Assembly (NCBI GenBank): GCA_002340305.1
Contig: DDLU01000046.1
Coordinates: forward strand, 1 to 45,813
Direction of reading: 5' to 3'
Length of the DNA stretch: 45,813 nucleotides
Origin: Desulfovibrio sp. UBA2564
GTDB taxonomy: Bacteria > Desulfobacterota > Desulfovibrionia > Desulfovibrionales > Desulfovibrionaceae
Part shown: piece by piece, positions 28,173 through 37,295 of the stretch
Numbering within the stretch: position 1 is the stretch's first letter
How the letters are laid out: each line of letters starts with the position of its first letter
Notes under the pieces: model-generated
What the model saw: only the letters and a program-made list of their open reading frames with translations
What the model was told of the DNA's origin: nothing
The model's database searches: none
Made by a program: the position numbers and the translations under genes

Positions 28173-29330
28173 ATGAAAGCCAGACATTTTCTCTTAGCAC
28201 TGTTCATTCTGATTGTTTCAGCACTTCCGGCTTTTGCGCAGGACAACTGCCCGGATATTTTCAAATCCGAACTTGAAAACATTTCCGGCGTTGATACCGT
28301 GGTTCAAAATAATGGTGGCTTTCTGGCCATTCTCAAAGAAGGCCGCAAGGCAAAAGCGGTCAGCATCGTTTCCCAAATCAATAAGCTGCGCAAGAACAAC
28401 ATAGGTGAATGCGACTTTTCCGGCGTGGCTGTTGCCGTCATGGACAGCAACCTTGATCAGGTTAAAAGCAGTTCCTCAGCTTCCATGTCTAAATCCGACA
28501 TAACCAAGCTGCTGTATGACCATGTCTACAAACTCAGCCCGGTTCAAGTTGAAAAAAACCTTCGCGGTTACGAAAAGCTGAGCGAGCTTGCCCCGCAGAA
28601 CAGCTACTACAAAGCCCGTAAAAAACATTACTCAAACAGGGCAGAGCTGGTCAAAACAAGGGCTGAATACATTGCCCGTTGCCTTAAAGATTTTTCCAAA
28701 GACAAGAGCATCATTGATCTCAAGATTAAACGGGATTTCTACCTCTTCGTCGTTGCCGGGGACACTCCGCTCAAAACAGCAGAAATGTTCATGGACAAAA
28801 TCGCACAGGAAACTCCCAGGCCGGAGAAGAAAATGTGCGTCATTGCCTACTCTGCTGACCTTGGCAGTAGACAGACCAGCTGCCCTGTTGAATATCAAGA
28901 AATGCTGAACCCCAATGAAGAAGAGCTGCTCATGCGCCATGTCCAATCCCTGCCCGGATTTAAGGTGCAGGAAAACATCAATGGCTATGAAGCACTAAAA
29001 AAAATCAACCCCAACTCTACCCTCTACACTAAAAAACTGGCAGCCTATAAATCCAAACAGCAGGGGCTTAAAAGATTCCTCAACCTGCACATCGCTTCCG
29101 GCGAAAAGCTGATCAGCAAAAGCAGCAACCGTGGTTCCACGCTTTACGCGACCATCAACAGGGAAGCACTTAACGGTAAATCAGCGTCAGCACACCGCAA
29201 GCTCTTCAAGCTGCTCACCGACTACTACGGCACAAGCGGATATGCATACAAAAAATGCGTACTAAAAAGCCCGACAGGCAAAACACTTGGAACCATTTCC
29301 TGTTCCAAATCCCGTTGTAGTTTCAAATAG
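28173..29330 (+). CDS. Exported hypothetical protein with internal duplicated helical module
   Basis: Signal peptide (AFA-QD); two ~40-aa repeats. Confidence 0.75.
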   Translation: MKARHFLLALFILIVSALPAFAQDNCPDIFKSELENISGVDTVVQNNGGFLAILKEGRKAKAVSIVSQINKLRKNNIGECDFSGVAVAVMDSNLDQVKSSSSASMSKSDITKLLYDHVYKLSPVQVEKNLRGYEKLSELAPQNSYYKARKKHYSNRAELVKTRAEYIARCLKDFSKDKSIIDLKIKRDFYLFVVAGDTPLKTAEMFMDKIAQETPRPEKKMCVIAYSADLGSRQTSCPVEYQEMLNPNEEELLMRHVQSLPGFKVQENINGYEALKKINPNSTLYTKKLAAYKSKQQGLKRFLNLHIASGEKLISKSSNRGSTLYATINREALNGKSASAHRKLFKLLTDYYGTSGYAYKKCVLKSPTGKTLGTISCSKSRCSFK

Positions 29331-29333
29331 TTT

Positions 29334-29540
29334 GCTCCGGCGGCTTAAACCCTTTTTGAAAAAAGGGTTTAAGGATCCCAAAAAGTTTTGTTCAGCTTCG
29401 CTGTTTTAGTTTATAAAATTATTCCAAAAAAAATCCCGCAATGTCTCGAAAGATATTGCGGGCTTTTTTTTTGCGACGTTCAAAAATCTACATGCGAAGC
29501 AAACTGAAAGGTTTTGAAAAGAATGGGGTCTGGGGAAGGC
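29334..29540. repeat. REPIN-like palindromic intergenic element (copy C) enclosing a terminator
   Basis: GCTCCGGCGGCTTAAACCCTTTTTGAAAAAAGGGTTTAAGGATCCCAAAAAG..GCTTCGC and inverted GCGAAGC..AAAGGTTTTG..GGGGTCTGGGGAAGGC. Confidence 0.8.
29426..29472. terminator. Bidirectional terminator between convergent genes
   Basis: A8-TCCCGCAATGTCT-CGAA-AGATATTGCGGGC-T9. Confidence 0.85.
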
Positions 29541-29541
29541 A

Positions 29542-30501
29542 TCACATAGTCAGCACAAAATAAACGCTGCCGACCAGCACCAAACTTGCGGCCCTTAGTC
29601 CCTGATTATAGACGATCAGCTTCAAGGCCATTTTACCCCGGAAGATCCCGGCATAATATGGCAGTTGGTGGCGCAGAGCCCGTACCGGAGTGGAAAGCAG
29701 GTTGCCGACAATTAAAGCCAGCACAATCCCTCTGGGATCAAAGGCTCCACTTCCTAAAAGAGCCCCTGCTGCTGCCAGTCCGGCTGTGAACTCTGCGGCA
29801 AGGCTGAAGGCAATGATCCCGAAAACCTGTGGATCAAGCCATGCGAGGAATGAAAGATGTTCACCCAGATAGCTCTGGAAAGCACCAAACACCCCGTAAT
29901 GGCGCAGAAAAAAGAAAGCCGTATAGATGGGAATTGTCAGATAGATAACCTTGGGCAATCTACGCTTGAGCCTTTTCAGTGCCTTATCCATTATCTCGCG
30001 GAAAGACTTGGCTTCCTGCCCTTTAAGCCGCTGGACAACATCTCCGCAAGCACCGTCAGCTGACAGAGAATAGCGTCCCCAGAGCACAATAGCTCCAGTA
30101 CGTATAATGGCTGCAAGCAAGGTCAATCCCACATAGGTAAAAGCCACATGACCGATAAACGGTGCAGCGATGAAAAAGACCGTGGGCATATGCAGGAAGT
30201 AGGTAGGAAGGCTGTTGAAAAGGTTTGAGATGACCAGCTCGCGGTCATTAATCTCACCCTTTTCATAGGCTTCAGAAAGCATGGAGTTTGCGGCGACACC
30301 GGAGAAAAAAGCCAATGCAAAACTGGCCCCGCTGATATCCTTGAGTCTTCCGGCCCGAATAAGCGGATTTGCCAATCTTCCCATGGCCCGGGTCCAACGC
30401 AATCCCTCTACAATATTACCGACCAGCAAACCGAGGCTGATAAACAGCAAAAGACGGATCAAGGGCCACCCCAATCCGTTCCAGAGAATTTCAAAAGACA
30501 A
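29542..30501 (-). CDS. Membrane protein with nucleoside-recognition (Gate)-like domains
   Basis: Multiple TM segments in two halves; AFFSGVAANSML, YFLHMPT, RHQLPYYAGIF. Confidence 0.65.
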   Translation of the reverse strand: MSFEILWNGLGWPLIRLLLFISLGLLVGNIVEGLRWTRAMGRLANPLIRAGRLKDISGASFALAFFSGVAANSMLSEAYEKGEINDRELVISNLFNSLPTYFLHMPTVFFIAAPFIGHVAFTYVGLTLLAAIIRTGAIVLWGRYSLSADGACGDVVQRLKGQEAKSFREIMDKALKRLKRRLPKVIYLTIPIYTAFFFLRHYGVFGAFQSYLGEHLSFLAWLDPQVFGIIAFSLAAEFTAGLAAAGALLGSGAFDPRGIVLALIVGNLLSTPVRALRHQLPYYAGIFRGKMALKLIVYNQGLRAASLVLVGSVYFVLTM

Positions 30502-30507
30502 TTAGAC

Positions 30508-30777
30508 CTACTTTTTCTTCCAATTTTCAGGTGCATTGACCCGAAGTTCAGAATTCTTCTCAGTAAGAATTCCAGCATCAACGAGTTCTTTCATAGCTAC
30601 GAGAAAATCATTTTCTTCGCCGTTCCATTTTTCAAGGCAACGCTCAATGGTCACGCTACCGGGAACAGCCTTACAGTTTTTGTCGGGATCAATCTTGGTG
30701 CCCAGCATGCCTTCGATCAACAGGAAAAGGGAATTCGCTTCAACGGAAAGTTCGAGATCAAAAATCGATACAGCCAT
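30508..30777 (-). CDS. Small hypothetical protein
   Basis: 89 aa, GGAGGA RBS, co-oriented between panB and membrane protein. Confidence 0.65.
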   Translation of the reverse strand: MAVSIFDLELSVEANSLFLLIEGMLGTKIDPDKNCKAVPGSVTIERCLEKWNGEENDFLVAMKELVDAGILTEKNSELRVNAPENWKKK

Positions 30778-30870
30778 CGCATCCTCCGTAATTGTTTGGT
30801 GATACCATAAAAGTATACTTGAACGGCTTCAAGGGCCAGTTAAAAAAAATAGTCTCACCCGATGAGACAG

Positions 30871-31719
30871 TTAAAGTTTTTCCTGCAACAAAGCTTTAAA
30901 CTGCTTCAGCTCTTCAGGGTTCATACGGCTATAATTGCCTTTTGCAGGAAAAGATCCGTCACTGACTTCCGCAATGTAACGTTTGATTGCATCAATACTT
31001 TCGCTACGCAGTTGTGCGAATTTCTTTACAAACACGGGAACAAAACGATCAAAGAGGCCAAGAATGTCATGATAGACAAGTACCTGCCCGTCAGTATCAG
31101 GTCCGGCACCAATGCCAATGGTGGGGATGGACAGTCTATTAGTGATCTCCTGCGCAACTTCATGCGGAACCGCTTCAAGAACAATGGAAAAACATCCGGC
31201 AGCTTCGAGTTCCAAAGCCTCATCAACCAGGGCTGCGGCAGAACGCGCATTCTTTCCCTGAGCCTTAAACCCACCGAAACGGGCCACATGCTGCGGAGTC
31301 AGGCCGATATGACCCTGAACCGGGACACCGGAATCAACGATAGCACGGACATGTTCCAGAAAAGGGAAGCCACCTTCAAGCTTGACCGCGCGAGCACCTG
31401 TCCGGCTCAAAAATTTTCCCGCATTTTCCACCGCCATTTGTACCGAAGGCTGATAAGCCATGAATGGCAGGTCGCCGACAATCAGCGGCCTTTTGGCTCC
31501 ACGGGATACTGCCGCTGCATGGTGCAGCATGTCATCCATGGTCACAGCAAGAGTATCTTCATAGCCGAGTACAACCATGCCCAGCGAATCACCCACAAGA
31601 ATCATATCCACTTCAGCAGCATCAGCGATCTGCCCGGAAGGATAATCATAAGCTGTCACCATTGAGATTTTACGCTGCCCTTTGAGCGCAGTAACGTCAG
31701 GAGCTGTTATTTTTTTCAT
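30871..31719 (-). CDS. panB: 3-methyl-2-oxobutanoate hydroxymethyltransferase
   Basis: TAYD, LVGDSLG, VKLEGG, GHIGLTPQ, IGIGAG, DGQVLV. Confidence 0.97.
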   Translation of the reverse strand: MKKITAPDVTALKGQRKISMVTAYDYPSGQIADAAEVDMILVGDSLGMVVLGYEDTLAVTMDDMLHHAAAVSRGAKRPLIVGDLPFMAYQPSVQMAVENAGKFLSRTGARAVKLEGGFPFLEHVRAIVDSGVPVQGHIGLTPQHVARFGGFKAQGKNARSAAALVDEALELEAAGCFSIVLEAVPHEVAQEITNRLSIPTIGIGAGPDTDGQVLVYHDILGLFDRFVPVFVKKFAQLRSESIDAIKRYIAEVSDGSFPAKGNYSRMNPEELKQFKALLQEKL

Positions 31720-31884
31720 TGTTTCCCCTCAGATTTAAATTCGGCTGAATAAGGATGAAATCATAGTACGCATTATTAATATTGACAGGATAACATTAAA
31801 TCAAGCCGAATGAAAAATGCATCGCTATATATAAAAAAAGGTCCGGCCCAAAAGCAGGAGCTATCAGTTTCAGATACAAGGCGC

Positions 31885-31937
31885 AAAAAAAGACAGGAAC
31901 TAAGCGCACTTGTCATACGCAAGTTTCTGTCTTTTTT
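31885..31937. terminator. Terminator downstream of S24 repressor gene
   Basis: A7-GACAGGAACT...AGTTTCTGTC-T6. Confidence 0.65.
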
Positions 31938-31975
31938 AAAGCCACGCCGTAAATGGCGCTTTACCAGCTATCTGA

Positions 31976-32662
31976 CTAAAGTTCCTGCATTACCCAGACT
32001 ACCCGTCCGACCACGTGTTTTTCGTGATTTTCAACCGGGATATACTGCTCGGGATGCTGGTCATTGTCCGGACGCAGGATAAAGCGGGAATTTTCAGGAT
32101 CAAAGAAGACCCTGCGAATCACCACACCCTGATACGGAACATGGATGGCATACACATCACCGGCCATCAGTCTTTTCTGGGAATCATCAATACCTACAAA
32201 AGCGTCCCTGCGCACAGAAGGTTCCATGGAAGAGCCTTCAGCTTTCAGGACAACGAGAGAGGAACGGTAGAATGTTTCAGGTATATTCAACTCTGAAACC
32301 TGCTGCGGTTTCCATTCATCAGCACCGGAGTCTTCACCTGCCATGGAAGAAACCGGCACAATCCTGCCCCGTGACTGTACTTGACCGTACTGGGCGGTTG
32401 TTTCGCTCAAAATCTGATCAGCAGCAATTTTTCCCTTACCCGGCTTAAGGTAAACAGGCTCAATGCCGTCGGACAGCCATTCAGGATTCAAACCATGAGT
32501 CCTGTACAGCTTGATGAACCATTCAGCAGGAATAGAACTCCTTCTCTTGGCATCGGAAATGCTGGACTGTCGAATATTCAAAATTTCGGCAAGCTGAACC
32601 TGAGTTCTAGTTCCGGTAGCTTTCTTGATTCTTTCCAAGCTTTCATCGAACCACTTTGACAC
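31976..32662 (-). CDS. CI/LexA-like repressor (HTH + S24 peptidase-like domain)
   Basis: TQVQLAEILNIRQSSISDAKRR HTH; EGSSMEP; VGRVVW; GTG start 32662 behind GGAGG. Confidence 0.85.
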   Translation of the reverse strand: MSKWFDESLERIKKATGTRTQVQLAEILNIRQSSISDAKRRSSIPAEWFIKLYRTHGLNPEWLSDGIEPVYLKPGKGKIAADQILSETTAQYGQVQSRGRIVPVSSMAGEDSGADEWKPQQVSELNIPETFYRSSLVVLKAEGSSMEPSVRRDAFVGIDDSQKRLMAGDVYAIHVPYQGVVIRRVFFDPENSRFILRPDNDQHPEQYIPVENHEKHVVGRVVWVMQEL

Positions 32663-33044
32663 GCTTACCTCCTGTGGAAGCACAATATAAAACGATTATC
32701 AAACACGTTTAAAACAACTAACCCTAACAAAACACATAACGCATAAGCAGAATGCTTTTTCTGCATACAGTCGATTTTTAGAATATTTATTTCACACAGC
32801 TACCATGAAATTTATAAACAGGCAAAACATTAAAGTAACGTACAAAAATGTAGAGTTTTGTGATGCAAAGCGAGTTGGTTATATTATTACGGCTCAGTAT
32901 TAAGAATCTTACAATTGCACATTATATTAAGTAACACATTGCAGAAATCCAAAAAACACTTTGCACAAGAACGCAAACTCTATTTTTTTCCATTAAACCA
33001 TCTTTTAATAACGTATCACCTATTAAGAACTCATTAAGGGAATG

Positions 33045-34436
33045 TTAATATTCCCCCAGCGGAAGTATGAAATAAAAATTATTTCCGCCATCCTGCGGTT
33101 CATATCCCACTTCACCGCCATGTAATTCAACAACCTGACGCACAAAAAACAAACCGTGTCCGGAACCATATTCATTACCGACATTATCGCTGCGGAAGCC
33201 GGGCTGAAAAAGCATCTCCCGATCTTGCTCCTGAATATGAGGTCCGGTTGTGTATACATTAAGTTTTAAACCGTCCCATCCATTACGAAAATGATCCTCA
33301 ACCATATCCCATCCGTAAGCAGCGAACCTATCACGCCGCCCATCGCACATGGTCTCATCGCGGGTATATTTAACGGCATTGGAAAATAAATTGGCATAAA
33401 CCTGTGAAATCAATCCCACATCAGCAACGATACGCACTTCCTGATCTGGAACTCCGCCCATACTGATATCGAGTCTGATTCCGCGATCCTCAAAACGGGA
33501 ACGGCAGCGCTCCAACTGCGGTTCAATTATCTGCTTAAGTAAGTTACAGGGCCGTTTTTCTACGATATAGCGCCCCTCTTCAAAATGCTGCCTACGAAGC
33601 AAAGTCTCCAGAAATAGACTTGTTTGCTCATAATGGCTGTGGATTTCATTAAACTGGCTGACTAATCCATTATATAGCTTTTCAAGTTCTGTGCGGATTT
33701 CAGTAGCACTTTTATTTTCCACTACTGCTTCAAGTTTGCTTATATTTTCAATTCGGTCACGCAATCTGTTATAAAATAACTTAAAATACATATTAGGGAC
33801 GATCACATTGTGTCCTACATCCTTAACTAGATTGCGCACAAACTCCAAATGTTCCTGACCCTTACGGCGTAAAATTTTGCTGTGAAGCTGAAAGCCTACC
33901 CTATTAACAAATTTCTCAAAAAAAAGAGATTGATGGTCTGAGAGGTCATCCATCTTGTAAAATTCAAAGCAGCCGATCACATCCCCGGCAGGTTTGAAAG
34001 GTAACTGATCAACCAATTCCAAGTTGCCGCGGATAGGAATAAAAAGGTGCCCTGCTTCAAAAACTTTTTGCAACGGAACAGAACTGCAAACCGGAGCACG
34101 ACTCTCGGTTCGACCAACAGGAATGAACTCATCCGGTCCCATGGCGAGATATAATCTACAGTCAAGATTAAACAAAGAACGTGGCACTGCAGTGCAGACA
34201 GCGAAGAAATCTTCCAAGGAATCAAATTCCTGTGCAAGATCAAAAAAGATCATCAACGCCCGTTTTTCAGTTGCGGAAAAACTGTAATCTTTATAGTCAT
34301 CCATTTTCTCATGGATACGCCGCTGTATCTGCAACATCTTCTCCGGGCACGGACCTGTTGAAAGAAGGAATCCTTCTCCAAGCGGACCTTCAGCTTCGTA
34401 TGAAGACACATCTGCGCTTTTCTTTTCACTGCTCAT
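33045..34436 (-). CDS. Cytoplasmic sensor histidine kinase (atypical H-box)
   Basis: LFSNAVKYT (N box), LFQPGF, GSGHGL, VELHGG; no TM segments. Confidence 0.82.
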   Translation of the reverse strand: MSSEKKSADVSSYEAEGPLGEGFLLSTGPCPEKMLQIQRRIHEKMDDYKDYSFSATEKRALMIFFDLAQEFDSLEDFFAVCTAVPRSLFNLDCRLYLAMGPDEFIPVGRTESRAPVCSSVPLQKVFEAGHLFIPIRGNLELVDQLPFKPAGDVIGCFEFYKMDDLSDHQSLFFEKFVNRVGFQLHSKILRRKGQEHLEFVRNLVKDVGHNVIVPNMYFKLFYNRLRDRIENISKLEAVVENKSATEIRTELEKLYNGLVSQFNEIHSHYEQTSLFLETLLRRQHFEEGRYIVEKRPCNLLKQIIEPQLERCRSRFEDRGIRLDISMGGVPDQEVRIVADVGLISQVYANLFSNAVKYTRDETMCDGRRDRFAAYGWDMVEDHFRNGWDGLKLNVYTTGPHIQEQDREMLFQPGFRSDNVGNEYGSGHGLFFVRQVVELHGGEVGYEPQDGGNNFYFILPLGEY

Positions 34437-34536
34437 AGCGATCTATCCGGGGTTCAATATAGAAAGGGACTTCCTTGTATCATACGACCCCAGCGAAAAA
34501 GGAGCAAGCTAGAAGATATTTTTTTGCCGTTCTCAT

Positions 34537-34555
34537 GCCTCCAGCGGCTGAAACC
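34537..34555 (+). repeat. Truncated remnant of the palindromic repeat family
   Basis: GCCTCCAGCGGCTGAAACC resembles left end GCCTCCGGCGGCTTAAACC. Confidence 0.45.
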
Positions 34556-34627
34556 AACAGCCTGAATGTTTACTGCGACCTCATTTTATGAGAAAGTCCG
34601 CCATCAAACCTATTCAGGGAAACCACC

Positions 34628-35839
34628 ATGCCCGAAATAATTCTCATTCAAATCTCCGGCGAGGACAAACCCGGCCTGACTTCTGCACTCACAGGGGTTC
34701 TGGCGGGCTACGGCATTGATATTCTGGATATCGGCCAAAGTGTAATTCATAACCAGTTGGTGCTTGGCATCCTTATCCACATCCCCCGTGAAGCGGAATC
34801 CGCTCCCGTACTCAAAGACATCATGTTCAAAGGTTATGAGCACGGGGTAAACGTCAAGTTCAAGCCCATTGAATCAGACAAATACAGGGACTGGGTGGGT
34901 GCGCAAGGTAAGCCCAGACATATAGCCACCCTAGTTGGGCACAAGCTGACCGGGGCACATATTTCAAGAATTTCCGAGATCATCGCCGGCAACGGTTTGA
35001 ACATCGACATGATTCATCGTCTGTCCGGACGAATCCCCATGAACGGGGAACCTGCACCACGCCATGCCTGCGTTGAATTTTCCATTCGTGGCGTACCGCA
35101 AGATCTGGACCGCATGCGTTCAAACTTTCTGGAAATGGCGGCTGAAGATCAGGTCGATATCGCCTTGCAGGAAGATAATGTTTTCCGCAGAAACAGGCGC
35201 CTAGTGGCCTTTGACATGGACTCCACCCTAATTCAGGCTGAGGTAATTGACGAACTGGCAAAGGCCGCAGGATCCGGCAAGATTGTCAGCAAGATCACTG
35301 AATCTGCCATGCGCGGCGAAATCGACTTCAAAGAAAGCCTGCGCCAGCGTCTCGCCACCCTCAAAGGTCTTGATGAGAATGTTATGGAAGATATCGCCCG
35401 CAAGCTGCCCATTACCGAAGGTGCTGAACGACTCATCTCCAACCTGAAGAAATTCGGCTACAAGACTGCCATCATTTCCGGTGGATTCACCTACTTCGGA
35501 GAAAAATTGCAGGAAAAGTTGGGAGTGGATTATGTCTACGCCAACCGTCTTGAGATCGAAGACGGCAAGCTTACCGGCGGAGTAATCGGCGATATCGTTG
35601 ACGGAGCCAAGAAAGCCGAACTACTGCGCAAGATCGCAGAAAAAGAAAAGATCAGCCTGCAACAATCCATTGCAGTTGGAGACGGGGCTAACGATCTGCC
35701 CATGCTCTCCATTGCCGGACTTGGTATCGCCTTCCACGCCAAGCCCAAAGTCAAGCAGGATGCCCGTCAGTCCATTTCTAATTTCGGACTGGATTCTATC
35801 CTCTATTTGATTGGATTGAGGGACAGGGATACTGATTAA
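34628..35839 (+). CDS. serB: Phosphoserine phosphatase with two ACT domains
   Basis: GEDKPG ACT, HAD motif FDMDSTL, ISGGF, VGDGANDL. Confidence 0.95.
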   Translation: MPEIILIQISGEDKPGLTSALTGVLAGYGIDILDIGQSVIHNQLVLGILIHIPREAESAPVLKDIMFKGYEHGVNVKFKPIESDKYRDWVGAQGKPRHIATLVGHKLTGAHISRISEIIAGNGLNIDMIHRLSGRIPMNGEPAPRHACVEFSIRGVPQDLDRMRSNFLEMAAEDQVDIALQEDNVFRRNRRLVAFDMDSTLIQAEVIDELAKAAGSGKIVSKITESAMRGEIDFKESLRQRLATLKGLDENVMEDIARKLPITEGAERLISNLKKFGYKTAIISGGFTYFGEKLQEKLGVDYVYANRLEIEDGKLTGGVIGDIVDGAKKAELLRKIAEKEKISLQQSIAVGDGANDLPMLSIAGLGIAFHAKPKVKQDARQSISNFGLDSILYLIGLRDRDTD

Positions 35840-35842
35840 GCG

Positions 35843-35870
35843 TTGACAAGTTAACTAAAAGAGCTATCCT
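35843..35870 (+). promoter_or_regulatory. Sigma70-like promoter with no downstream + strand gene
   Basis: TTGACA-16 nt-TATCCT immediately after serB stop. Confidence 0.5.
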
Positions 35871-35876
35871 TATATC

Positions 35877-35989
35877 AGGAAGCACGGCAGGTTTTCTGTC
35901 CTGCTCCGGTTCCGAGACCCGTACAGTATGTGCGGGTTTTCGTGTTTTTGAGAAAACAAGCCCCGCAGGATCACTCCCACGGGGCTTTT
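35877..35989 (+). ncRNA. Candidate small structured RNA
   Basis: Multibranch fold (P1 35878-86/35941-49, P2 35887-91/35900-04, P3 35916-25/35929-38) followed by terminator hairpin 35958-35989. Confidence 0.45.
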
Positions 35990-36013
35990 ATCATGCCTAA
36001 GAATCAGCAGGGA

Positions 36014-36838
36014 TTACATATCTACTGCTTTGATCCAGATTACTGCATCCTGAGAGAGTTCTTTACCTTTGAACTCGCTGTCAGGACCGGAACCCAGTGC
36101 GCAGAAACCCCACCAGCCGGCTTTGGGGATAGCGAAAGTCACATAGCCCTGTGCGTCGGTTTTAACGCCCATGGTTACGAAAGCATCGTGAGGTGCCTCA
36201 GCGTTTGCTTCTTTCTTGAAAGCGTTGTTCTTCATGTCGGGTTCGTGGTTCATGTACTCAACTTCAACATCAGCGTTGGGAACGGGCTTGCCATCGGAGA
36301 GGAGCTGAGCTTTGAAGGTCATACCGGTCCACATTGCGTAAGGCTTAACAAGAGGAACCCATTCGGTCTTGAGGCCAGCGGGAGCAGCCCAGTTACCGGG
36401 CAGGCCGCCAACGTTCATGTAAGTTTTGGTGATCTGCTGGATGTAGATATCTTCTTCACCTTCGTAGTAAGGAGCAGGAACCAGAACCAGAGTGTAGTCA
36501 CCCATGGAACGAACGATTTTCTTGGGCAGCTTTGCTTCGTAAGCTTCACCGGAGTTGGTCAGGCTGGTCCAGGTGATAGGCTTGAGCAGCTTTTTGAGGT
36601 CGTACTTTTTGGTTTTACCTTCTTCACCTTTTTGGTGGAGCATAAAAAACTCTTCAGGCATACCCATGCTCATAGTGTGACCAGCTTCAAAGGGGTGGGT
36701 GAAAACGAGTTTTACATCGGTTTCAGCACCTTTGGTTTTAGCGATCTCGGGTGTGTAAACCATCTGGAAATGAGCAGAAGCGGGAACCGCCATAGCAACA
36801 ACCAACAACAGGTTAAGAAAAACTACCTTCATCTTCAT
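36014..36838 (-). CDS. DUF4198-family exported protein (metal-uptake associated)
   Basis: Signal peptide ASA-HFQMVY, FTHPFEAGH, PAPYYE..EDIYIQQITK, GWWGF; ATG 36838 behind AGGAGA. Confidence 0.85.
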   Translation of the reverse strand: MKMKVVFLNLLLVVAMAVPASAHFQMVYTPEIAKTKGAETDVKLVFTHPFEAGHTMSMGMPEEFFMLHQKGEEGKTKKYDLKKLLKPITWTSLTNSGEAYEAKLPKKIVRSMGDYTLVLVPAPYYEGEEDIYIQQITKTYMNVGGLPGNWAAPAGLKTEWVPLVKPYAMWTGMTFKAQLLSDGKPVPNADVEVEYMNHEPDMKNNAFKKEANAEAPHDAFVTMGVKTDAQGYVTFAIPKAGWWGFCALGSGPDSEFKGKELSQDAVIWIKAVDM

Positions 36839-36907
36839 CTTGTTTCTCCTGATTATGATTTTGATCCTCTTTATCAAAAGATAAAGAAAATTTTTGGTTA
36901 AAGAGAA

Positions 36908-36944
36908 CCTGCACGCATTGTTGAACGCTTACAATGCGTGCAGG
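36908..36944. terminator. Intercistronic 14-bp hairpin (terminator or mRNA stabiliser) in feo operon
   Basis: CCTGCACGCATTGT...ACAATGCGTGCAGG perfect stem. Confidence 0.6.
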
Positions 36945-36952
36945 CAAAAGAA

Positions 36953-37276
36953 CTATTCTACAATATCGGAACCGTCGATATCGATGGAATGGCCTTCGCC
37001 GCCATCAAAAGTAACGGTGTAGTGACCTGCGGGCTTATTGAATTCGAATTCACTGTTTTCGTTCATTGCACCTTTAACGATGACTGCACCGGAGTCGTCG
37101 CGGACGAACATTTTTACACCGGAAGCAGTAGAACCGTCAGAGAATCCACCTTCGCAGAGAACGGTGCCGTCACCATTATCAAAGCAGCTGCACAGAGGGG
37201 AATGGGCCAGAGCGGCAGTTGCGGAAAGAGCGATCAATCCGGCTACCACAACGAGTTTAGCAATTATCTTTTTCAT
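36953..37276 (-). CDS. Small exported protein in feo operon
   Basis: Signal peptide ALA-HSPLCSCFDNGDGTVLCEGGFSDGS; AGGAG RBS. Confidence 0.8.
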   Translation of the reverse strand: MKKIIAKLVVVAGLIALSATAALAHSPLCSCFDNGDGTVLCEGGFSDGSTASGVKMFVRDDSGAVIVKGAMNENSEFEFNKPAGHYTVTFDGGEGHSIDIDGSDIVE

Positions 37277-37295
37277 AGCTGTCTCCTGAGAGATT

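Noticed and set aside
30862-31665. 267-aa + strand ORF (similarly 8161-8901 + and 43097-43990 -)
   Set aside because: Antisense shadows of panB, nifU and the ATPase
31976-33020. Prophage remnant around the CI-like gene and AT-rich spacer
   Set aside because: No cro, integrase, replication or structural genes; flanks are housekeeping
35905-35922. tRNA T-arm-like GGTTCCGAGACCC
   Set aside because: No cloverleaf, anticodon arm or CCA; not called as tRNA
35930-36901. 323-aa + strand ORF that could be the target of the 35843 promoter
   Set aside because: Antisense to the DUF4198 gene, starts within hairpins, no RBS, and a terminator lies near its 5' end
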